Of a stretch of DNA of 64,000 nt, positions 40,101 to 52,520 are shown piece after piece. Origin of the DNA: the human T2T-CHM13v2.0 reference genome, Homo sapiens. Within the stretch, counting starts at the first letter, position 1. Each line of letters starts with the position of its first letter. The stretch lies in NCBI RefSeq assembly GCF_009914755.1, contig NC_060933.1; one strand, 5' to 3'. Below the pieces are notes generated by a model, which saw only the letters and a program-made list of their open reading frames with translations, did no database searches and was not told the DNA's origin. The translations under genes were made by a program, and so were the position numbers.

Positions 40101-42189
40101 TTTCCCAGGGCCAAGGCCATCCCTGGTCACGGAGCCCGCACCGCCTCCTCCCTGCAGCGCCAGGCCCATGCTGCCCGCCCTTACCCGCTCCTCCCGTCCG
40201 GCGCTTGAGAGACGTGGTGTCTGGAAAGTCTGTCCCATCCCAGGTGAGTCACAGCGAAGGGGCCATGTTGGTGGGAGGCAGGGGATCTGGGGAAAGTGGT
40301 ACTGCCCCAGGAGGGGCTGCTGGGAGGGGAGGCAGGGGCGAGGCCCTGTGCAGAGGCTTCTCCCACCAGGGGAGTCCCAGAAGGGCACAGCCACGCCCTC
40401 CGATGCCACGCCTGCGCCCACAGAAGCCCCGCCTTCCTCCCAGCTGCAGGCGAGTCTGCATCCTGGGTCCCATGGGTGAGGCCCCAAGGAGCTGTGGAGG
40501 CTGCTGTGGTTGACCCCGGTGGAGCCCCACAGCCACCCTGCCCAGAGGCCTTCAGCAACTCCTCAGGGAGGAGAGGTGGGGGTGGTGTGGGGCGGGGCTG
40601 AGCTTGGTGCCCTGGGTTCCTTGGTTCTTTCCTCCTCAGGTGTCACCTGGTGCCCCTGCATAGGCCCCAGGGCCCATCAGTGCCCAGCAGCACCCAGGGA
40701 CACACCCAGACATGTGGGAGCAACAGGGCCTGGGTGGAGGACTGGGGGACTGGGGTCTTGCCGGGAAGGTGCAGGGAAGGAGAGAGGGAGGCACGGGGCA
40801 GACAGGGAAGGGGCGGAAGGGTGGGGCTGGCGGGCAATGGGCACTGGAGATGGAGGCAGGCTCTGCCAGCCACGAGGGCGGGGAAGGTGAAGTGGAGTCA
40901 GCGTCCTCTGCCAGTGCCTGGAATCCTGCAACCTGGAGGCAGCCTTGCGATGAGCTCTGCTGCAGGCCTGTGGACGCGAGCCCCACTGCTTCATGGTCGC
41001 CCACTCCCTCTGTTAGAGTCTGACCTGAGTCCATTTGTACTGGCAGCTTCCACAACACCCACTGAGACCCACGCCAACGCGCCCCGCCCACGAGAACCCA
41101 GGTCACTCCCGCTTGGTGACTGCGGAAGAACTTTCCGGGTGTCACGTTGGTCCAGTCCCAGGTATAGTCCAGACCCAGTGTCTGGGAATCAGTGGGCTTC
41201 ACAGGCACACACCATGGGGTGTGCACCCCAAAGCACCGCAGCTTGTCACAAGTCGGGGGACCCTGGGGTCTCCTCTCTCTCTCTCCCCCGCTCCCCAGGC
41301 TGTCCTTCTCTCAACTAAGTTTCCATCTGGATTCCAGCCCACCCCCATGCACGGGACGCAGGAGCTCTGGGTGCCCACCACTCCATGAAGGGTGATTGTG
41401 GTGATGTATTTGACCTTCTGGCAGCAATTTAATCAAATCTGGAAATCTGGGCCGGCACCTGGTTCGGGACTCATCCCCTGTTGCTAGGAAACCCAACTCC
41501 TGCGGATCCCACCCTGCTCCATCCGGAGACAGTGGGAGAGACCCTCCTGCAGCTGAGGCCAGGGATGGGGAATGGCTGGAGATGGATGGGGACAGCAGTG
41601 GCCTTTGCACTGGCTGACTTCACAGCAGAACTCCCACGAGTGCCGAGAAACAGCGTGTAGGGGCGCTGCTCTCCCTACAAGCCCTTCCAGGCGCTGCAGG
41701 TCCGCCCCTGGCCCTCCCCCCAACTCCCCCTCCACCTCTCACACCCCCTCTACCCACCCTCTCCCTCCCCCTCCTCCACCTACTTCCACAGACTCCAATC
41801 TGTTTCTCCTGCTCCAGGTCACTTAGAAGCTTGTGGCGCATCCCTCGGTACCTCTCTCTGCCTGCGCACCATAAACACCCAGACTACAGGGCCATACCTG
41901 TCTCTTCTTGGTCTCCCCAGCATCCTGCAGATTAGTGGCCCTTCAGACACTTTGCACCCCAGTAGGGGGTGGGGAGGCTGGTGGAAAGTGAGCCCTGTGG
42001 CTCCTGGAGAAGCGGCGAGCAGCAGGCAGTGTTACACAAGGGTCCTCCCAACCCAGCTGACCTCACCAGGTCATTCATGCAAGAATGCGGGGCCAATGGG
42101 TTTCTGCCAGGCGTGCCAGGGCTGAGGGCACCCCTGGGTCCTCACAGCCCCCACTGTCCAGGGACAGCAGAGTCCTCCTTCCCTTTGCC

Positions 42190-42470
42190 ATTTCCATGTT
42201 TCTCATTTCAATAATTCTTGCAGCCCATGTTGTGTAAATAAAATTATTCTTCCCAAAAAAATCGTTAGCAGAGCCCGACATTAATTCCCCTGCAATCTGT
42301 GTAATTAACTGCATGTAATATAGGGCATTAAAGGACCGGTTTGCTAATCACCACTCCTCCGCTCCACGCACCTAATTAAATCTCCTTCCTGTTTATCCAC
42401 TTACAGGATCCTCTGCAAAGATACCAGGCACCAGGAACACTGTTGTAATAAATCTTTGCGTAATTTTAGA
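42190..42470. promoter_or_regulatory. AT-rich island dense in homeobox and FOX motifs, candidate enhancer
   Basis: GTAAATA ~42234, ATTAATT ~42280, TAATTAA ~42302 and ~42373, TGTTTAT ~42390; no repeat similarity recognised. Confidence 0.45.
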
Positions 42471-42864
42471 GGGTGCAGTCCCACTCTGTTTCATTCCCAC
42501 TGCTGAGCCCCTCCTCCCTGCAGCCACGTCTCCCCATGACTCGGCTGAGCCGTGGCTCTGTGGAAAGCACTCTGTGGCCGCCTCCGGGGTGGGAGGGTGG
42601 GATGCTGTAGTGCTGAGCGAGGTGGGTTCGGGAAGGAGCGATCACAGGAGCCCGGCTCCAGCACCCTGCAGCGGCACAGCCCTCTCGGGTTCCGGTACCT
42701 TCCCCACTGCAGCCGCTTCCACTAGAGCCTTTTACATGGTCCCACTCCCATGCCTGCCTTCATGACGGGGGCTGGGTCCCTGGGCCGTTCCTCCTGGCTG
42801 TCCAGTCCCATTACACGGGGGCCGGCGAGGACGCAGGGAATGATGGTGCCCTGCCACTAATGGG

Positions 42865-43154
42865 CCAGCCGGTGGGCCCTACATGCCATTACAGATGTCC
42901 TTAGAAGAGTAGAAGTGGAAGCTTTGACACCAAAGAGACCACGTGAAGACACAGCAGAGACGGAAGGGGTGCCTGCAGCCACCAGGAGCTGAAAGAGGCA
43001 GGAAGGATCCTCCCGCAGAGCCTTCGGTGGGAGGGTGGCCTGCCACACCTTGATTTGGGACTTCTGGCTGGCAGAACGGGGAGAGCGTGGATTTCTGCTA
43101 TTTTGAGCCTCCAGTCTGTGGCAATTTGTAACTGCAGCCCCAGGACACAAACAC
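42865..43154 (+). mobile_element. MLT1B/C MaLR LTR fragment
   Basis: caccaggagctgaaagaggcaggaaggatcctccc..gagccttc...cacaccttgatttgggacttctgg...ttgtaactgcagcccc. Confidence 0.85.
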
Positions 43155-43359
43155 AGCTACTAAATCAGAATCTGAACTGGGACGAGACCCCCAGGTAATG
43201 CGACGCATGACATTTGGGAGGCTCTGGGCTAAATGCTGCCTGGAGCCCGAGTCATCTCTTGGCCCAGCAAGACCTGAGTCTGAACTCAACACTAATGAGC
43301 ACACAGACCCCTTTATGTTCAAATGACCATGTGTTGCTCCTCTCCCTGCATCGGTCCTT

Positions 43360-43510
43360 TTAATCCTGCCACCCCACGGGAGCTGTCATACCATCACCCA
43401 GGCTGGGAAACTGAGGCTCAAAATGAAGTAACTTGTCCAAGAGCACCTCTCTAGCCAGTAGCTGGGTTGGGATTAGAACCTGGGGACTCTGGCTTATAGA
43501 ACCTCTTAGC
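43360..43510 (-). mobile_element. MIR fragment
   Basis: gggaaactgaggctcaaaatgaagtaacttgtccaagagcac...gggattagaacc. Confidence 0.7.
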
Positions 43511-43949
43511 CATTGGACCAAGCCCGCTCTCCCACTGGGGCCTCTTGCTCACGGCTTTGAGGATGATAACGCCACCAATCTCGGCCCTGTGCTTTCTGCT
43601 CCGAGCACGCAGGTGGGATGGGGAAGCTGAACTTGGACGGCCAGGCTGAACTTGCTAGAAGAGACTGGGGTTCACTGTGAGAGCATGGGTGGACCTGGGT
43701 GGACCAGAGGCCATCTTTGCCCTGTGATTGTCGGATGGGATGCAGGTGGCCTGGGCACCAGAGGTGGCCGAGGGGAGGCAGCAGCACCACAGACACCCGT
43801 GGCCTGGGCCTATTTGGGGTCTGGGGACGTGTGGTCTGAGCCGGTGCTGGAGTCCTCAGCTCTCCCCAACTCTGCTTCCCTCAGCTGCCTCCTGTGGCAC
43901 TGCCCAGACACTTGCCCACCTGAGGCCCAGGAGTGCTTGATTCCCGTGT

Positions 43950-44310
43950 CGAGGGTCAGTTCCCCTGAAGCCATGCTGGAGAGAGAGAGACGGGTGTGCC
44001 GGGGGTCTCCCAGGAGCCCTCTCAAACAGACCCCTGTGAGGGAGCACAGGAAGCTGGTCTGGGTGGGGGAGAAGCTGAGCTCTGGTGCAGTCGAAAGAGA
44101 GTACTCAGCTCATCTCCCAAGTGCGCAGAGCTACCCCGCGTCAGGGTGAGGGGCCCAAGACCTCCCAAGCCACACATCCTCCAGTCATGAGTCAACTTGA
44201 GCCAGGCTATTCTCTCCAGCCAAAGGCAGTTCTGGAGAGGGTTGGTCTGAGAGCCACCGTCGGCTGCCAGCACTCTCAGCAGGGGGAATCACATGCTTCA
44301 GTACTGCACG
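43950..44310 (-). mobile_element. LTR33-like ERVL LTR
   Basis: gggtcagttcccctgaagc...cctgtgagggagcacaggaagc...gggagaagctgagctctggtgcagt. Confidence 0.6.
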
Positions 44311-44504
44311 GGGAATCTGGCCCCGGGTCCACCCCACACACGGCCCTGATGCCAGCCCCGCTGGGATACCCCCACCCCACACTCCCTCCTTCATACTGGG
44401 AGATCCCGGTTCCTGGTCAGCAGAGGGGGCCTCGAATCCCCAGGGCGGAGGGCCAGGGCAGGTCTCGGGGTCACAGCTACTTCTCTGCCTGGATTTGGGG
44501 GTCA

Positions 44505-44890
44505 GTGACATTAATCACCACCGGCCCCCAAGGCCCTCCACATGCATGTCTAACCAGGCGTCTTGCCAAGCCTGTCTCTGGCAATTTCCTCCTGTTAATA
44601 ACACTTCCATTCACCCCGTGCAGCAAATCCATCACCACCAGCCCCCTTGTGGCCCATATTTTTTACTTTTAATTATGATCAAATGTGGAATATTGAGTAG
44701 TTTGATGCATTTTAGGTGTCTACAGAGACTTCTTTTTAATAATGCAATTGCAGGGCTCTGATGGCTCGTAGCTGGAGTCATTACTTAAATATGTGTGCAG
44801 CCGGGGCTCCCGAGTAGGACGCTTTCCCCCAGCGAGGGGTGCTGTGCGGGGATTGGGGTGTTGGAGGCGGCACGGGAGTAATTACAAAGG
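44505..44890. promoter_or_regulatory. AT-rich island, candidate enhancer
   Basis: TTAATCA, TTAATAA, TTAATTATG, TAATGCAATTG, GTAATTAC motifs in GC-rich surroundings. Confidence 0.35.
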
Positions 44891-45849
44891 CGAAAGTGTT
44901 CTCGGATCCCAGGGGTGAGCCCTGACCTCCACTAGTGTGGGAAGACTGCAGGTGGGTGCTTTCTGGCACCTTGTACCTGGATATCAAGCAACCCGCAGAG
45001 GCCACTGCGCATTCCCCCCCTCACCAGAGGGTCTCTTCCCAGGAAGAAGTGACTGGTAGCACACGGCCCCATAAACTCACCTTCTCTGACCAGGACACAG
45101 CCAGGGCGGAGGGGACTCAGGGTCAGGTGCGGGTCTGAGCCTCCCTCTGTCCTCCCTGAGATGAGGCGTCCTGTGGTCGGTGAGGGGCTGAATTGGATAG
45201 GCCCCACGTTGGTGGCAGTCTTCAGCCCGCCGGCCGCAGGTGCACTGTTCTGATGACCAGGCCGAGGGGGCTCGTCCAGAACATGGACTGGGATGGTTAA
45301 TCTGGGGTTGGGGGTCTTCCTAGCTCTGGAGGAGATTCTTGGGGGATGCAGAAGTCAGAAGGTCATGTGGGGGTGCAAGGGTGTGACCTGTCAGAGCATC
45401 ACCTCGGCTGAGATGACCCAGCCTCAGCGGGTCCCTTGTTCAGTCCATGGACATGGCGTGGCCATGGGAGAGGTGGGTTCCTGCAGCTGAAGGGGATCCT
45501 GATGGGCTGGGAGCCCTCGTCCTCCCTCAAGGGGGTCTCTAAGCTTCCCACAGACCACCCCTCACTCACTGGGGTCCAGTCAAAGAGCGACTTTCCAGGA
45601 TCCCCAAGGGCCCCCTCCTGGAAGCTTCCGAGGATGCTGGGGGCCTCCACGGCCCCTGCCCACCTCTGTCCTTAGGGTCTCCCAATCCACCCTCCAGGCT
45701 CCATTCCCCCACCCCTAGCCAGCCCTTCTGCTGATGGGTGGCTCAGGCCCTCATCCCTGAGGGACCTTCTGGGTGGGGGTTACTGTCCCCATCCAGTTAC
45801 AGTCACAGTCAGGCAAGAGAGCTGTAGGAGGTGCCCAGGGGGGTCAGCT

Positions 45850-46320
45850 GGCTCTACATGCATGTCCCGCCCCATGTGTGCCAGCAGCAACCTCCAATGG
45901 CTAGTGTCGGTCTCCCCAGCAAGATGTTGGCCCCCTTCTTGCCTGCTGGTGTCTGGAAAAAGGAGCCCAAAGGGCCCCAGCGACTACCATGGCTCAAAGC
46001 TGAACAGAACACTGGCTGTGTCCCTGTGAGAGTACAGCTGCTCTGGAGAACAGTATTCAACCCTGTTGAACCTGAGCCGTGGGGGTGGAAACACAGGTCC
46101 CCCAGTGGGTCGCTGGGAGTGAAGGGAGGTGCGGCCATTCCTGACTCCATCCATTGGGTCCAAGCCTGTGTGTCCCTCCCACTGGGAACACAGCACCACA
46201 TCAAGGTCCTTGGGGGGTGGCACCACCTCTCATGGGTCATTGGTGTGCCCACCACTCTCCCAGGTGGTAAGCTCCAATGGGCCATATGCGATGGGAGCAG
46301 TGGCCCTGGGTAAGTGGTGC
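45850..46320 (-). mobile_element. ERVL internal-region fossil (integrase end / dUTPase region)
   Basis: Minus ORF 45854-46285 has GMAAPPFTPSDPL, GSTGL, GKKGANILLG, resembling recalled ERVL pol APLTITPSDPL, GSAGL, AKKGVTVLAG. Confidence 0.65.
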
Positions 46321-46957
46321 CCAGCCCAGGTCTGACGTGGCATTACATGGGGTCCCACGCCAAGCGAGCCAGCCACTCTGCATGGCCCCAGATAGTACTG
46401 CTGGCGGAGGCCCAGTAGCAGGAAAGGCAAACCCAGGCGTGGGATCCGCACCTGTCCCTGGAGAAAGCACCTCTGTCCTTCCAGGAGGAGAGCCCAGTGT
46501 AGTCATCCAGGAGCCGAGCAGCAGTGAAGCTTTGCCCGGCAGCCCTCCCAGAGGCGGCCTCCTACGGACCTGTGGCTGCGTCTCCAGACAGAGCTGCAGA
46601 GCTTCACAGACTCAGGGCCCGGCCGGCCAAGCCTTCACGCAGTCCACACATCCCTAGCCCGGGAGCCCCTGCTCAGAAGTCTCTTTACCTCCTCGGGGGA
46701 AGGCAGAGGGAGGGGAGCTGAGGACATTCAGCACCCAGGGCTTTTGCACCGCTAACACGTGTCCCTCTCTGTCCCACATCCCAAGTTCATACAATGACAG
46801 GAGCCTTTAGCTTGGGGCTCCCTTGGAAGCGAGGCAACCCCCACATCTGTGCTGATCCCCTGAATGTAGGCCTTTCTAGGTAGGAAAGTGGAATGGGGGA
46901 GGGGGGCCCAGGCTTTCTTTGCTGTGGCCTCTTGCTTATCCAATTGTAGTAAGAGAG

Positions 46958-47330
46958 TGCTATGGGCTAAACCGTGTTCTCTTAAATTCATAAGTTGACT
47001 CCCTGCCCCATGTGACTATTTGCGGATAAGACCTTTAAAGGGGTAACTAAGGTGAAAAGAGGTCCTGAGGCTGAGCCCTAATCCAATAGGACTGGGGTCC
47101 CCATGCCAAGAGGAAGAGACATCTGGGATGTACATGCACAGGGGAAAGGCCATGTGAGGACACAGCAAGAAGGTGGCTGTCTGCAGGCCAGACAGAGAGC
47201 CCTCACCAGAAACCACATCAGCTGACACCTTGATCTTGGACTTCCAGCCTGCAGAACTGTGAGAAGATAAGTTTCTGTTGCTTATGCCACCAGCCTGTGG
47301 TCTTGTGTCACCGCAGCCCCAGCAGACACC
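46958..47330 (+). mobile_element. MLT1A0-like MaLR solo LTR
   Basis: tgctatgggctaaa...gccctaatccaataggactgg...ggccatgtgaggacacagcaagaaggtggctgtctgca...accttgatcttggacttccagcct. Confidence 0.9.
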
Positions 47331-47344
47331 TGCAGTGATTAAAG

Positions 47345-47760
47345 CCTGGGCCATGACTCTCACCAGGGCTTGGTGCCTTCATTATCTACTCCAGTGAGCT
47401 GGCCCTCTCCAGCTCGGCCCAGCCCCTGGCAGTTCACCTGCCACCAAGTGGGCAGTTGTTCCCCAAGGAATGGAGCCATTTCCCGGGCTCAGCATGGTCT
47501 TTTTTGCTGGCAGGTTGGACACCTGGTGGCCACAGGAGCTGGGTCAGCCTGGCAGGTGGGAGCCCTCCTGTGGGGACGTGTGTAGTCTCCATCTCAGCCA
47601 CCATGGTCCCTCCATCCTCATGCCCACTGTGTCAGTGCCAGGTGGCAGGTGACCAAAGCTGATGACGTCAACCAGCTGAGTCAGTTTGTCTCTGGCCGTT
47701 CAGTGGCCCCCTGTGGCTTTAACATGTGATACAGGATCTTCACTGCCTACGTCTGCCCAC
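47345..47760 (-). mobile_element. ERVL internal-region fossil (RNaseH/integrase junction)
   Basis: catgtgatacaggatcttcac reads VKILYHM on the minus strand (VKIFVSHV-like); ccaccatggtccctccatcctcatgcccactg resembles the QWAHE..GHGG region. Confidence 0.5.
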
Positions 47761-47784
47761 GCGTCTCTGTGCCAGACTCCTAGA

Positions 47785-48130
47785 CTCCTCAGGGTGCTCC
47801 GGAGAAACACAATGAATAGGCGGTATAGACAGAGAGAGATTTATTATGAGGAATTGGTTCACACGATTATGGAGACTGAGAAGCCCAGCCATCGGCCATC
47901 GGCAAGCTGGAGGCCCGGAAGAGCCCACGGTGCAGTCCCAGCCCCAGTACAAAGGCTGAGAACCGGGGAAGTGGATGGTGTGGGCTCTAGTCAGAGTCAG
48001 AGTCCAAAGGCAGGAGAACACCAGAGTCCCAGCTGGAAGGCATCAGGCCCCAGGCAAGTCCTCCCTGGCACTGCCTTTTGTTCTATTCCGGCTCTCTATG
48101 GCCTCAATGAGGCCACCCACATTGGGGAGG
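47785..48130 (-). mobile_element. MLT2B/C ERVL LTR
   Basis: gagatttattatgaggaattggttcacacgattatggagactgagaag...gcaagctggaggccc...aggccacccacattggggagg. Confidence 0.85.
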
Positions 48131-48330
48131 TGTCTTCATCTGTTTGGACCGCTATGACAAAAATACCATAAACTGGGTGGCTTCTGGAAGACAAATATTT
48201 GTCACTGATAGTCCTGGAGGCTGGGGAGCCAAGCCCCAAAGCCCCCGCCGCCCCCAGGCCCTGGCCTTTCCCCACTGAGCGTTTGCCCTCTGTGCTGTCT
48301 TCCAAGGTGTCCCCTCGAGGGGGCCGTGGT
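48131..48330 (-). mobile_element. MLT1A/MST-type MaLR LTR fragment
   Basis: tgtcttcatctgtttggaccgctatgacaaaaataccataaactgggtggctt...ctggaggctggggag. Confidence 0.7.
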
Positions 48331-48865
48331 GAGGGTGCCATCCGTGTTCAGTGTGCAGTGTGCACTCTCACGTCCATGACCCAGCTTGGGTCTGCCCTCC
48401 CTGTGTGGCCGTTCTGAAGGCCTGAGCTGAGGGAGTTGCCTGGTGCAATGGGCTGGGTGCTGCGGGTCCAGGGCCACCTACCCATGTCGCTCGATGGTGC
48501 CTCTGGGCCTGCTCATGGGTGGTCCTGGGCCCTTTCCTTCTCATGAGGGATTATTGCTAGACACATCCGGCCTTAGGACTGGGTAGGCCTGATGCCACCT
48601 ATCTCCTGAAGAGATTTTCAGGCCACAGAGTCGCCTGATGTCCTGTGGTCGGGTGTTCTGTCCCTCCTAGGGCCCACTGGCATAGTAGGAGTTGTTTTCA
48701 GAGGCATTTATTTCCCTGCAGTCATAGGATGAGAACCCACATGTTCTCCCCCAAGGCCTGGCTGAAACTTTGCCCCACATCCTTTCCCACCACTGACACC
48801 TCCAACTCCACGGTGTCCTCCTGATCCCAGGGCCTGAGAAGCAGGGCTGCTAGCACTACAGAGCT

Positions 48866-49229
48866 TGACATGTTTTGGTCATGTCCCCACCCAAATCTCA
48901 TCTCAAATTATAGCCCCCATAATTCCCACGTGTTGTGGGAGGGACCCGGTGGGAGATAACTGAATCATGGGGGCGGTTCTTTCCCGTGCTGTTCTCGTGA
49001 TAGAGAATAAATCTCATGAGATTTGATGGTCTGATAATGGGGAGTTCCCCTGCACATGCTCTCTCTTGCCTGCCATCATGTAAGATGTGACTTGCTCCTC
49101 CTTGCCTTCCGCCATGATTGTGAGGCCTCCCCAGCCATGTGGAACTGTGAGTCCATTAAACCTCTTTCCTTTATAAATTACCCAGTCTTGGGAATGTCTC
49201 TATTAGCAGCATGAGAACGGACTAATACA
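48866..49229 (+). mobile_element. THE1B MaLR solo LTR
   Basis: tgacatgttttgg..tgtccccacccaaatctcatc...agcagcatgagaacggactaataca; TSD gagct/gagcc. Confidence 0.95.
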
Positions 49230-49679
49230 GAGCCATTTCCTGCCCCATTCAAATCTGACAGCATCTGTGTTGCTCCCTCCATAGACGGAAGCTCCATCCC
49301 TGCCCATCGAATCTGCTGCTTCCAGAACCTGAAAACGCCCACCACACACTGTGCTTCTTTTGTGGCAGGAGGTGCAGATGCAATAATTTATCTGTGACTT
49401 TGGAGGACAAATCCCAGCACACATTTGACCACCAGACTCCTAAACATTTTCTAGTTGTGGCAGGTTCCCGATCTGCAAAGGGGCATTCTCCACCCTTGGG
49501 AGTGCATATGTCACACCAGGGCCTCCACCGTGCATGCTGCCTCCTGCTCGTCTGGCCCAACTGACATGATGTCAGCCTTGTTCTGGATCAATATGACACT
49601 CTGTGGGATGTGTATTATGTCAGAGGGCAGAAGAGTTAACATAGCCCTAGAAGAAAGTGTAAATCTATATTGTTGTCTG

Positions 49680-50110
49680 CTCCTGTGGAAGTGAACTCGT
49701 ATCTGGGAGTGCCTCAGCAGGGGGTGCTGGCGGGCAGGCTCTGCTGGGCCCCTTTCCTCCTCCATCCGCCGCAGGGCCCCTCTCCTCCTCCATCCGCCGC
49801 AGGGCCCCTCTCCTCCTCCATCCGCTGTAGGGCCCCTCTCCTCCTCCATCCCCCGCAGGGCACCTCTCCCCTTGGTCCCTACAGCAGTGCAGTTGGGCTT
49901 CTTGCATGGCTGCGAGAGCGAGAATTCCAAGAGGCCCAGGCAGAAGCACCGGGCACCAGCAGACCTGGCCTCGGAAGCCAGGCAGCCACACTTCCTCCAT
50001 ATTCTACTCATATGCTCATGGCAAGGAAGCCATGAGCGTGAAGCCGAGGAAGGCGGGTGGGGCTGAGTCCACCTCTCCGTGGGAAGACAGAGAATGTGCG
50101 GCCCTCACTA
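49680..50110 (-). mobile_element. Old MLT1 (H/I/J-type) LTR fragment
   Basis: gttgggcttcttgcatggc...gacctggcctcggaagcca...cacttcctccatattcta. Confidence 0.5.
49746..49870. repeat. Minisatellite, 28-bp unit x4 plus partial
   Basis: gggcccctctcctcctccatccgccgca at 49746, 49774, 49802, 49830. Confidence 0.95.
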
Positions 50111-51008
50111 GATGACCGCAGGTAGCACAGCCAGGCCAGGGTCAGTGTATCTGTCCAGGTCACTGCTGAGTTAGGAGACCCCTCCCAAATCACAAGAGGC
50201 AGCCTGGCCATGGGCCTCCAGGCTGAGCCCCTCTCTGCCCTGGCGGCCCTCTCTTCCTGCAGGCTCATCAGTGTCCCTGCACGGCTGGGTGCCTCAGGGG
50301 TCTAAAGAGTAGTCAGTCTGTGTGTGGGGTCTCAGGGTGGGTCAGAGTGTGGCTCTGTAGACATGTCTGGGTCTGAGCTCCACACAGAGGCAGGAGGGCC
50401 CCCAACCACTCTGCAGAAACCGTGCGGAGTTCCTTCTTTTCTTTAAGGCTTGTGCTCAGGGCCACTCACAGTCCTGCTGGCGTCAGCAGCACCACCGTTC
50501 ACTGCCCAGCCCAGCCTAGGCTCTCAGCACCCACATGTCTACTAGCACAGCAAGTTACACACTAACGGCCCTAAACTACGTCCCTGATTGATGGCTCTTT
50601 CCTTGAACAAAATCTGCCAGGCTCCCTGAAAACTCCTAACTTCCCTCTGCAAATCCAGCCATCACCCCTGCTAAACGACGCATGAGGGGGTGGGGGTGCC
50701 GTACCCACTTCTCGATCAGGGCTGGCAGCAGAAGGCCCCAAGCCCCTCCCACTCTTGTGTGCCCCCCGCTCTCCGACAACTTTAAAAAATAGGCAACCGA
50801 CACCAGATGTAGAGCCCCAGGCAGGGTCCTCGTGGCCACGGCTGCCGGCAATTCGTGGACCCTGGAGGGGTCGGGCCTTTGCTGTCCCAGAAATGTTCAC
50901 CATCGTTCGCCTTCCTCTTCTGGGAGATTGCTCTCCGGCCCCCACTATCTCCTAAACTTGGCCGCCCCTGGCCCCCAAGAGCACTGCCCATTCTTTGGTC
51001 CCATGTCC

Positions 51009-51304
51009 TTTTTTTTTTTTTTGAGACAGAGTCTCGCTCTGTCACCCAGGCTGGAGTGCAGTGTGGCACCATCTCGGCTCACTGCAACCTCCGCCTCCCA
51101 ATTTCAAACAATTCTCCAGCCTCAGCCTCCCGAATACCTGGGATTACAGGCATGCGCCACCACGCCCGGCTAATTTTTATATTTTTAGTAGAGACAGGGT
51201 TTCCCATGTTGGCCAGGCTGGTCTCGAACTCCTGACCTCAAGTCATCCGCTTGCCTCAGCCTCCTTAAGTGCTGGGATTGCAGGCATGAGCCATCTTGCT
51301 CGGG
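51009..51304 (-). mobile_element. AluS (AluSz/Sx-like)
   Basis: Reverse Alu; TSD cccatgtcctt on both sides. Confidence 0.95.
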
Positions 51305-51939
51305 CCCATGTCCTTCTTCTGCACTGGACGTGACCTCTTGGAGGCTGGTGGCTCCATGTGCCCCTGGAGTTGGGAATCACCATTTGAGCATTTCCTCTGA
51401 GACCCACCAGTGACAGTTTCCACGTGACCTGCACATTTAGAACCAGGATAGCTCACCCGATAGCTCACCTGTGCGGGGCTGCCTGGGGCTGGATTACTGG
51501 CTCTGCCCACACCTGCCCCCTGCACCTCCACACCTTGAAAGAGGACTTGAAGAGTCTGCTGGGAGTTTGGGAAAGTAACATGAGCTTTCCCTGAAGAAAA
51601 AGTTGCCCCCACAGCCAAGAGCAGGGAAGCAGTGCGCCTCCTGCCGCTGCAGGTCAAGGGAGGGGACCCCAGGGCTGGGGTGTCCCACCAGAGAGGGCAG
51701 CCCAAGGCAAGGAGCTGAGGCTGGACGGTTTGGGGCAGGGACACAAGCCAGCTCCTCCAGAGGGGGGCTGGGCTCTGGTCATCTTGAAAGAGACCCCTCC
51801 CATGAGGACCACTTGGAGTGACCAAGTGATCCAGGAGAAGGGCTGCGGCAGGTGGCCAGCCAGGAGGCTTCCCCCCGTCCAGGAAGCCACAGGCAAGAGA
51901 GCCTCAGAGATGGGGTCTCCCGCACCCGCACGAGGACCC

Positions 51940-52090
51940 TGCCTCAGTCCTTTTATGCGGCTCTAACAGAATGCCTGAGGCTGGGTAATTTACAGAGCAG
52001 AGGTGTGTTTCTCCCAGTTCTGGGGGCTGGGAGGCCAAAGTCCAGCCTCCAGCAGGCTCGGCATGCAGTGAGGGTGCTCTCCCTCTCCAC
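51940..52090 (-). mobile_element. MST/MLT1A LTR fragment
   Basis: ctaacagaatgcctgaggctgggtaatttaca...ctcccagttctgggggctgggag. Confidence 0.65.
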
Positions 52091-52520
52091 ACTCGCCCTG
52101 GGGATGATGTTTCCAGCACACGGATGTAGGGGGACACACCTGGGCATGGCAACCCCCCAGGAGCCGGCCACGCCCAGCAGCACCCGCACAGACACCTAGG
52201 CTCCCTCCCTGGGGACCCTTCCGCCCCTGCCTCTCCCTGACTCTGCTGAGGTGGGGGCAGGGTGGACATGGTTAGGGGGGCTGGAGAACAAGCTGACCAG
52301 GCCCCCCAGCCCCTCCCCACCTGAAGGGCCCTCCTGCGGGAAGGCAGGGCTTGACCTGGGCGAGTATGTGCAGACGGTCCCAGGGTTGGGAGGAGGACGA
52401 GGAGTGTGTGCTGAATGGGGACAGAGCATCAGTTTGGGAAGATGGAGAAGTTCTGGAGAAGGAGGCGGTCACGGCTGCACAGCCATGTGAATGTGCTTAG
52501 TGCTGCCGAGCTGCGCACTT

